From contig CBDFJG010000003.1 in assembly GCA_965248445.1 (NCBI GenBank), positions 256,001 through 320,000 on the forward strand: 64,000 nucleotides of DNA, read 5' to 3'. This document shows positions 56,941 to 64,000 of the stretch, in pieces. Position numbers and translations under genes: made by a program. The number at the start of each line of letters is the position of its first letter. Position 1 is the first letter of the stretch. Source of the stretch: Planctomycetota bacterium. GTDB taxonomy: Bacteria; Planctomycetota; JAJSAM01; JAJVHW01. The notes beneath the pieces are model-generated. The model saw only the letters and a program-made list of their open reading frames with translations, ran no database searches and was not told the DNA's origin.

Positions 56941-58609
56941 CCCGAATCGTTCACCAGCCGGGAATCTGAGCGGGCCGTCGTCTGTCTAAGTGCTCGTACT
57001 CGCTAGTACTTGCACCGACAGGAGCGCCGGCCCGATGACGACAGACTGTAGCCCGCAGGGGACCCTCTTCGCGGGCATCTGTGGACGCACCGCGGTGACG
57101 CGCTTCGACGCCGGTACCGTGACGAGCGACGGGGGCGTGCTGCTGCTCGAGCGGGTCGATCGTCGCATCGATCTGCTCTCGCGGTTTGCGCGCTGCTTCG
57201 GGGACCACCGGGACCCGCGTCGGGTCGAGCACACGGTCGGCCAGATGCTGCGTCAGCGGGTCTTCGGGCTGTGCGCGGGCTACGAGGATCTGGTGGACCA
57301 CGACCATGTCGGCAAGGACCCGCTGTTTGCCGCGGCGTGCGGCAAGCGCGAGGGTGCTCTGGCCACGCACCCGACGCTCTCGCGGCTCGAGACCACGCAG
57401 CTCGGCGCCACGGCACAGACGCGCTACGCCAAGATCGAGATGGACCAGGAGCGCGTGGACAGCGTGCTCAGCGACGTCTTCTGCGAGGCCATGGGGCCGG
57501 AGGATCCGGGCCTGCTCGTGCTGGACCTGGACCACTCCGACGTGCGGCTGCACGGCCGGCAGGAGGGCCGCTTCTTCCACGGCTACTACGGGCACTACTG
57601 CTACCTGCCGCTGTACGTCTTCTGCGGCGAGCACCTCTTGCTCGCTCGGCTCCAGACCGCTGACAGAGATCCCGCGCGCGGAGTCGTGGACGAGCTCCGT
57701 GCGCTGGTCTTACGTCTGCGGCGCCGCTGGCCCCGGGCCAAGGTGCTCGTGCGCGCAGACTCGGGCTTTTGCCGCGAGGAGCTGATGGCCTGGTGCGAGG
57801 CCGCCGGCCACTTCTACCTGCTGGGCATGGCGCGCAATGAGCGCCTTGAGCGACACGTCGAAGACGCGCTCGATGAGGCCGCAGCCCGTGCCGTGCAGAC
57901 CGGCCGAGCAGCCCGGGTCTTTCGCGACTTTGCCTGGACCACGCTGGGGAGCTGGAGCCAGAGGCGTCGCGTGGTCGCCAAGGCCGAGCACCTGCCGGGC
58001 GGCAAGCGCAATCCCCGCTTCGTGGTGACCAATCTGCCGCCTCGTAGCTGGAGCAGCAAGCGTCTCTACGAGCAGCTCTACTGCGCCCGGGGCGAGGCGG
58101 AGAATCGCATCAAGGAGCAGCAGCTCGAGCTCTTCGGCACCCGTCTGTCGGTGCACACGATGCAGGGCAACGCCGTGCGGATGGCCATGTCGGCCATGGC
58201 CTACGTCCTGACCTGTGCGCTGCGACGCATCGGTCTCGCCGGCACCGAGATGGCGCGTGCGCAAGCCGGCACGATCCGCCTGCGGCTGCTCAAGATCGGC
58301 GCGCTCGTGCGGATCACGACGCGCCGGATCTGGGTCTCGATGTCCTCGTCGTGGCCCTGGCAGCACGTCTTCGAGCGCTGCGCGCAACGACTGCTGGCAT
58401 CCCCGAAGCCGACCTGACGTCCCGCCGCGCCGTCCGCCACACCACCGCCCGGCCTACGGTCTGCCCACACCGCAGAATCCGCGCCGTTTCGGCCGCTCAC
58501 TCGCGTTGCCCTTGTGGCAACGACGACAGCATCCGCCCTCGCCTGGCCAAGATCTGACCCTGTGGACTCCGAAAGCACCGTCATCGCGACGTCTCGTGAA
58601 CAGATGCGG
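56941..58609 (+). mobile_element. IS1380-family element copy 2
   Basis: Near-identical to 41034-42702 (ACC vs GTC codon, T to V); flanks CTAA / CTAG. Confidence 0.9.
57035..58417 (+). CDS. IS1380-family DDE transposase
   Basis: Same protein as 41128-42510 except one residue. Confidence 0.95.
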   Translation: MTTDCSPQGTLFAGICGRTAVTRFDAGTVTSDGGVLLLERVDRRIDLLSRFARCFGDHRDPRRVEHTVGQMLRQRVFGLCAGYEDLVDHDHVGKDPLFAAACGKREGALATHPTLSRLETTQLGATAQTRYAKIEMDQERVDSVLSDVFCEAMGPEDPGLLVLDLDHSDVRLHGRQEGRFFHGYYGHYCYLPLYVFCGEHLLLARLQTADRDPARGVVDELRALVLRLRRRWPRAKVLVRADSGFCREELMAWCEAAGHFYLLGMARNERLERHVEDALDEAAARAVQTGRAARVFRDFAWTTLGSWSQRRRVVAKAEHLPGGKRNPRFVVTNLPPRSWSSKRLYEQLYCARGEAENRIKEQQLELFGTRLSVHTMQGNAVRMAMSAMAYVLTCALRRIGLAGTEMARAQAGTIRLRLLKIGALVRITTRRIWVSMSSSWPWQHVFERCAQRLLASPKPT

Positions 58610-58985
58610 CTAGGGCTCGCAGGGCGACTAACCACTCCGTAGGTGTGGGCTCCCCGACTGAAGCGGCGCTGTCTGCGCAGCGGCCCAAGGCAAACCTCAA
58701 GCCCGGAGCGCGACGGACGCTCAAACCGGATGCTCCAGTTGGCGCGACCGGATTCGCATCCGATCGGGGCGTGGACTGGGTGAGGCGCTGGGGGTGTGCC
58801 TGCTCAACCTGGTTCATGCAACAACGCCACTCGCCGCCGGTACGCGGTGAAGTCCAACGCGAAGGCACGCTGGTCCGCCGGTGACCCTGGGAACGAGTCG
58901 TTGGGCGTCCACCTGGCGAAGCTCCGCGGCCTGACGCGCAGCGCCGGGACGCGGAGCACAGTCGCAACCGCGCGTGCGCCTCGGG

Positions 58986-59861
58986 CTATTCCGGCGCCGC
59001 TGCGCCGTTTCCGCCCGTCTTTGTGGTGGGGTCGGGAACACCGCCCGGCTGACTGCTGTCGGCCGTGCCGCCCTGAGTCGAAGCCGAGCCGATCGCGTCG
59101 TTGCCTGGGTTCGCGGTCTCGCCGCTACCACCCGGGCCAGACCCAGGCAAGCCGGTGGCGCCTCCATTGCCAGACGCGCCGGCGGAGCCGGTGAATGCCC
59201 CGCCACTCGCGCCGCTCCCCCAGATGGCGATGGCAGCGCCAGAACCGCCGCCGTAGCCAGCGTCGCCACCATCGCCGCCGTCGCCACCGACACCGCCATC
59301 GGCCAGCGCATCCCCACCGGCACCGCCCTTCTTGCCATTGGCACCCGCTCCGCCAGCGCCGCCGAAGGCCTCGGCACTCGCCGTGCCCGGAGCCTCCGTC
59401 TCGTTACCGGTGATGGCAAAAGCACCACCGCCGCCGCCCGCGGCGCCACCGTTGCCGCCCTTCCCGCCGCCACCGCCCTTTGACCCGCCGTTTGTCCCGT
59501 CGCCTCCGAGGCTGCCGAGTTCGCCGTTCTTGCCGAACAGGGCCATCGCCAGTACCCACGCGTCATCGGTGCCCGTCTGAACAGCTCCGCGGCCACCCTC
59601 GCCTGCGCCCCCGTTGATCCCGCCGGAACCTCCAGCGCCGGTAGCACCCTGATACTCCGGCTCGCCGGAAGTTCCGTCGGCACCGTCCGGGTGGCTCGGA
59701 TCCCAATTCTCTCCTTCCTGGCCGCTCGTGGCCTGGCCTCCGCCGCCCTGGTAGTACGCGTTTCCGCCGGCGCCGCCGTCGCCGGACTGGGCGAACGCAA
59801 ACGACGTGAGGGCTGCGGCGACCACAAGACACATGACGCCTGCCGGTTTCTGATTCGACAT
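58986..59861 (-). CDS. Secreted glycine-rich (PGRS-like) protein
   Basis: GGAGGAAGG then ATG 59861; signal peptide ending AFA; GGxGGxGG repeats throughout. Confidence 0.75.
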   Translation of the reverse strand: MSNQKPAGVMCLVVAAALTSFAFAQSGDGGAGGNAYYQGGGGQATSGQEGENWDPSHPDGADGTSGEPEYQGATGAGGSGGINGGAGEGGRGAVQTGTDDAWVLAMALFGKNGELGSLGGDGTNGGSKGGGGGKGGNGGAAGGGGGAFAITGNETEAPGTASAEAFGGAGGAGANGKKGGAGGDALADGGVGGDGGDGGDAGYGGGSGAAIAIWGSGASGGAFTGSAGASGNGGATGLPGSGPGGSGETANPGNDAIGSASTQGGTADSSQPGGVPDPTTKTGGNGAAAPE

Positions 59862-59956
59862 CTCTATCCTTCCTCCCCACCAATGCGGGGAGCTGTGACC
59901 CCTCACTTCTGGGGCCGCCCGTTGCAGCAAGGTCGAGCCGCAGACCTCTGCGAGAC

Positions 59957-61453
59957 CTATTCGTCTCGGTTGCTGGCCAAATCGTTCTCCAAGTCAATCT
60001 GCATCTGCCCCGACCACGTAATCCACCCCTTCCTCAACTCTGATACGCCGCCATGCGACTCAGGAAGCAGGGTCACAATCAGATAGTAGTCGCGCCCCAA
60101 CCGTGCGGCCCTGATATCGCACGTGCCGTCCTCACGCACGGCGTACGGCCCGTATATACTCTGGCCAACTGCTTGGCCGCCGTCGATGACCCTGACGGTG
60201 CCGCCAGCGATAGGAGTACCGCCCCTCACGAGTCGGAGGCTCGTCCACGCGACTGCCTCACGCAGGTGGACAACGACATCCGTTCGCGCAGCTGTGATTT
60301 CGCCAAGCTCCAGTTCTTCATTTAGACAGCCCGAGGCCTCGATCAGCAGCATCGCCCGCCCGGGCTCGTAGAAAGGCACTTCGAACGACCCGTCCTCTGC
60401 CGCGGACTCCGATGTGATGAATGTAAACTGACTGGAGGGACTATCAGTGGTGCGCCCTGTGCCTGTCACCCCTTGGCCACCGGTGAAATTCAGAAGCGCG
60501 ACATCGCGATCCGACAAGGCTCCAGTCTGCCCGATGAACAGAGTCGCGGTCACTCGCGCTCGCTTCGCTTCGGCGGTGTCCGGCCATATCACCCGGCCTG
60601 CAACGGTCCTGACAGGTCGAAGTGCGAGATCCTCCCAGCCGGATTCCAGACTCTGACTTGTCTCGATGCGTCGCACTACGGGCTCCAGTTTGTCGCTAGG
60701 TCCGCGCGCATGCAGGATGAGGCCCTTGATCCGCGGCACGGACACAGTGAACTTACCGTCGCGCTCGACTCGGGCTCGTGTCCGCCACGGGAAGCGACCG
60801 GTCTCGCTGAGCCATTTCTGCGACCACGGCTCCGGCACTTGAGACGGCCGGATACCGACTCCCCCGGGCAGTACCAAGCCCTCTACGCGAACGTGGGGAG
60901 TCAAGTCCGGGATGTCCGGAACTACTACGCGCCCCTCGATCGTGAGATCTCGGTAGACCCAGATAGTCGACCGACCGCTCTCGCTCTCTGTCCAGCCCAG
61001 GACATGAAACGGGGCAACAGCGTGCACGCGCTTCTCGTGGATGATCGGGACCGACAGTCGGACGACGCCAGGCCCCACCCATGTCACCGCCTCTTTCCCG
61101 TGCCGACCGGGCGGCGGTTCGTGCCCCTCAGTGTACAGTGCGAGGGCCGCACAAGGCGAGCCGTCGGCCATGTCCCGTACGTCCACTTCGTGTTGGATTG
61201 GGCTCGCAGTTAGCGATTGTTCGGGCGCCAGAGACACCCGTTCGCGCGGTTCACCTTCCGATCTTGGCGACGATGGCGGCACAGCGACCGTAGTTGTCGC
61301 CTTGTTGGTGGGGCCTTTGATACTCGTCCCTCTGCAGGCGTGGGCGATGAGAGCGACCAGTCCGATGACAAGAACAGTCGCGACTAACGCCATCAGGCGC
61401 CGGATGGCGATGGTGTCATCGTGGCTGCGCGGCGAGTCCGGCCGTTCCGTCAT
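59957..61453 (-). CDS. Membrane-anchored protein with carboxypeptidase-regulatory-like (prealbumin/Ig) beta modules
   Basis: N-terminal TM helix; repeated TIEGRVV..DGKFTV, TVAGRVI..DGSFEV and DGTCDI motifs; lower GC3 than the backbone. Confidence 0.6.
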   Translation of the reverse strand: MTERPDSPRSHDDTIAIRRLMALVATVLVIGLVALIAHACRGTSIKGPTNKATTTVAVPPSSPRSEGEPRERVSLAPEQSLTASPIQHEVDVRDMADGSPCAALALYTEGHEPPPGRHGKEAVTWVGPGVVRLSVPIIHEKRVHAVAPFHVLGWTESESGRSTIWVYRDLTIEGRVVVPDIPDLTPHVRVEGLVLPGGVGIRPSQVPEPWSQKWLSETGRFPWRTRARVERDGKFTVSVPRIKGLILHARGPSDKLEPVVRRIETSQSLESGWEDLALRPVRTVAGRVIWPDTAEAKRARVTATLFIGQTGALSDRDVALLNFTGGQGVTGTGRTTDSPSSQFTFITSESAAEDGSFEVPFYEPGRAMLLIEASGCLNEELELGEITAARTDVVVHLREAVAWTSLRLVRGGTPIAGGTVRVIDGGQAVGQSIYGPYAVREDGTCDIRAARLGRDYYLIVTLLPESHGGVSELRKGWITWSGQMQIDLENDLASNRDE

Positions 61454-62279
61454 CGCGGTGCCTGCACATGACGACCGACTGTACTCGGCCATGCCCCACG
61501 GTTGCATGTCATCGGCTGTCGTGAAACCCGGTTCGCATCGCGACAGAGCGTGCGCATTCTCTCTCTCCTGTCGTCGCGGCGCGTCGGGCCAATACTCGAC
61601 CCGAATGCCCTCGCGCGCACTCGACACGTTGGAGAGTACGGGTCCCTGTCGAGATGGGTCAACCACCAAGTCCTGAACCTCACGAGCACTGTGACGTTCG
61701 CGCGATTCGCGATCGCGGATTCTCGTGCGACGTCACTGTCGCGCGCCGCGACTGCGTCGAGGGGCGGTGGTGCACGGATCGAAGTGCGCAGACCTTGCCC
61801 CGGCGGTGAGTGTCCGGACCATGCGCTCGTCACGGGGTCCTGGCGAGTCCACTCGGGGAGGGTATGTCACCGCACCGACCGCTCTGCGGACGAGACTCGA
61901 TCCTGGGACGCTCGGCCGCGTGGAGCGAGGGCGATCGCCAACCATGAGGGTCGCGAACGCTTGACGCTCGCCTCGGTCGTCCGGCCGCCCGCGGGCCGAA
62001 GCGCCTCCAGTTCTCGACGGCCTCAGTGCCCCGGTTCGAGACCACACCGGAGGGCGTCACTGGAACGACAGGCGGTCGGCTCGCAGAGGCCGCAGCGCTT
62101 CCTCGGACCATGGCTGTCGGGGTGCGGCGTGACATGGACTGTCCTGCGCCGCCGGGCGCGTCCGTTTGAGCTACCCGGTCGGCGTATCCCAGCGCGCAGA
62201 CGGGTCTGCAGTGGCGAATGCTGTCCCTACCGCGTTGTAGGGTCTCTCTTGGCGTGGTGTCGCGACTAGGAGATTGAGC

Positions 62280-62456
62280 ATGGACAAGGCGCTTCTGATA
62301 TGGGGCGTGGCCCTGCTGGTGACCGTGCACGTCGCGGAGAAGCAGCGTCACGGCTGCCGCGAATGCGGCGTCGCGCTGAAGTTCCTCCAGGCCATTCGCA
62401 CGAGCGTCTGCCCGCAGTGTGAGCGCGCGCTGAACTTCGTCAACTCGCTCTGGTAG
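62280..62456 (+). CDS. Small Zn-ribbon-like protein or gene fragment
   Basis: AGGAG upstream; hydrophobic N-terminus, then CREC..CPQC; ends 7 bp before IS66 copy 3. Confidence 0.35.
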   Translation: MDKALLIWGVALLVTVHVAEKQRHGCRECGVALKFLQAIRTSVCPQCERALNFVNSLW

Positions 62457-62463
62457 GACCTTG

Positions 62464-63995
62464 GTACCCGTTCAGGGTATGACGATCCGCGGCCTCAGCG
62501 CGTGATCGGGAGCGCGACGAGAGCCGGCGGCGAGCGGTTGTGCGCGAGTGCCGCGCTGACGTCTGCGAGGTAATCGAAGACGCTCTCGCCACGCTGGCGG
62601 AGCGTGGCGGTGACGGTCAGGATGCGCTCGACGAAGCGGAGTCCGCGCTCGCTCTGACTTCCGTGCGTTGCGCGTCTCCACAGGACCGGCTTGCGCACCG
62701 CGCGCTCAGCGGCGTTGTTCGTCGGGGAGACGCCAGGGACGTCGGCGAAGGTCCACAGAGCCTCCGCTCGGTCGAGCAGATGCCGAGTCGTTCCGCGTAC
62801 TCGGCGGTGCTTGCTGTCTGCGCCGCGCACGAGCAGCGTCAGGAGTCGGTCCCATGTGAGACGCAGCTCACGCCGCATGCGGTCGCGGTCCCCGTGCTCG
62901 CCGAAGTGACGCTGAGCTCGCATGACAGCCTGGGCGAGACGCACGGCCTGCTTGCCGAAGCGCCGGCCGCCGCGCGAGCCCTCGGCCAGCGCTCGAAAGT
63001 CCCTCTCGAGATGCGCCCAGCAGATCTGGCGGCGCTCGGTGGGATGCTGGTCGTAAGCGCCCATACGGTCGGTCACGAGGACGCCCCTGAAGCGCTTGCC
63101 CACGAGTCGCCGCATGGCCTTGGCGCTCCTGCGCCGATCGATACGATGGACCGTGGCGTGCTCACAGACCGCGCTCCACAGCCAATGCAGCGTGCCACGA
63201 CGCGACCACGGTGTCTCGTCTACATAGGCGACGCTGCTCGTGCGTACGGCCCCGAGGGCCTCGATGTGCGCTGAGGAGATGGCTCCCGACACCCGCTCCT
63301 CGATCGCACTGACCGTGCCCGGTGACATCGAGACGCCGATGACGTCACGCAACAGACGACTGGTCTCGCGCCGCGACAGGCGGAAGACGCCGACCAGAGC
63401 CGCGGTGAGCGCACAGAGTCGCGGGCCGAAGGGACTCGCCGTCACACCGCTTGGCAGCGAGGCAGTGGACGTGGCGCCACAGTCCGTGCACCGTGCCCGG
63501 TGCAACCGGTGCTCGGTCACCTGGATCAGCCGTGGCGGGACCTCGAAGACCTGCTGGCGTGTCGGGGCGCGATCGATCGGGACGAGCACGTCGCTCCCAC
63601 ACGCGCTGCACTCGCGCGGGCGGTGGTCCTCTACGCCATCGACCTCGGACTCGTCCACGAGCTTGCGCGTCGCCCCTTTGTGGCCGGGCTGCGCACCCTG
63701 GCGCTTGTCCGACGGCGGCTTGCGCCGCCGCCGCTTCTTGGACCACGACGGATCCGAGGACGGTGGGCGCGAGGAGGTGCGGGAGTCCCGGCGAAGACGG
63801 CTCTCGAGATCGTCGATCCGTGCCGCCTGCCGCTCGATCACCTCCGCCTGCTCGGCAATCGTCTCGTCCCGAGCGTCCAGACGACGGGTCAGGCGCTCGA
63901 CCAGATCACGCAGCTCATCGGTGCCCACATCCGATTCATCGACCGAACGGAAAGCGATCTGGATCCGAGCTCAGAACCAAGGGCTGAACGGGTAC
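62464..63995 (-). mobile_element. IS66-family element copy 3, 1532 bp
   Basis: Same IRs; left flank GGACCTTG (62456-62463), right flank begins GGACC at the window end, consistent with an 8-bp TSD. Confidence 0.95.
62495..63928 (-). CDS. IS66-family transposase
   Basis: Protein identical to copies 1 and 2. Confidence 0.95.
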   Translation of the reverse strand: MGTDELRDLVERLTRRLDARDETIAEQAEVIERQAARIDDLESRLRRDSRTSSRPPSSDPSWSKKRRRRKPPSDKRQGAQPGHKGATRKLVDESEVDGVEDHRPRECSACGSDVLVPIDRAPTRQQVFEVPPRLIQVTEHRLHRARCTDCGATSTASLPSGVTASPFGPRLCALTAALVGVFRLSRRETSRLLRDVIGVSMSPGTVSAIEERVSGAISSAHIEALGAVRTSSVAYVDETPWSRRGTLHWLWSAVCEHATVHRIDRRRSAKAMRRLVGKRFRGVLVTDRMGAYDQHPTERRQICWAHLERDFRALAEGSRGGRRFGKQAVRLAQAVMRAQRHFGEHGDRDRMRRELRLTWDRLLTLLVRGADSKHRRVRGTTRHLLDRAEALWTFADVPGVSPTNNAAERAVRKPVLWRRATHGSQSERGLRFVERILTVTATLRQRGESVFDYLADVSAALAHNRSPPALVALPITR

Positions 63996-64000
63996 GGACC

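Noticed and set aside
41034..58609. Composite transposon formed by the two IS1380 copies (outer flanks both CTAG)
   Set aside because: Copy 1 has its own CTAG duplication, CTAG looks like a preferred target, and the interval holds housekeeping genes such as metG.
61500..62270. Protein-coding genes (ORF-track calls 61502-62269, 61830-62351)
   Set aside because: No RBS, motifs or codon bias; likely degenerate or non-coding.

Overview
High-GC (about 70%) bacterial chromosome segment, most likely Planctomycetota/PVC, judged from a PVC-restricted small protein behind metG, a HEAT-repeat secreted protein with (GE)n tracts and a large Ser/Thr kinase-ATPase-TPR gene. The housekeeping backbone includes lolCE/lolD, tRNA-Ala(GGC), leuS, archaeal/eukaryote-type proS, a cobalamin riboswitch with a btuF-btuC-btuD-btuB operon, alkaline phosphatase, ltaE, a TatD/EboB-like hydrolase, phosphomannomutase, a carbamoyltransferase with an SxtJ-like partner, EamA, LOG, metG, and DUF62-larC-NtrC. 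Mobile DNA is dense: an integrase/excisionase remnant cut by an IS1595, three apparently identical 1532-bp single-ORF IS66-family elements, two 1669-bp IS1380 copies and several IS fragments. The main finding is a 5002-bp unit (35414-40415) that splits an AsmA-like gene with a perfect 8-bp target duplication. It is bounded by a full IS66 at one end and a solo 106-bp IS66 left end at the other. It carries two secreted-protein genes and an attP-like site with no integrase of its own (3' half of tRNA-Pro(CGG) flanked by 2+3 11-bp arm-type repeats). Other candidates are an unlisted 23-aa lipopeptide ORF (mature CCTGCCTG), two families of structured non-coding repeats, a G8-tract frameshift, a compensated double frameshift in a hydrolase, and a motif-degenerate SMC/YhaN-like protein. 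No CRISPR array was seen. All family assignments come from motif recognition by eye; no database searches were run.
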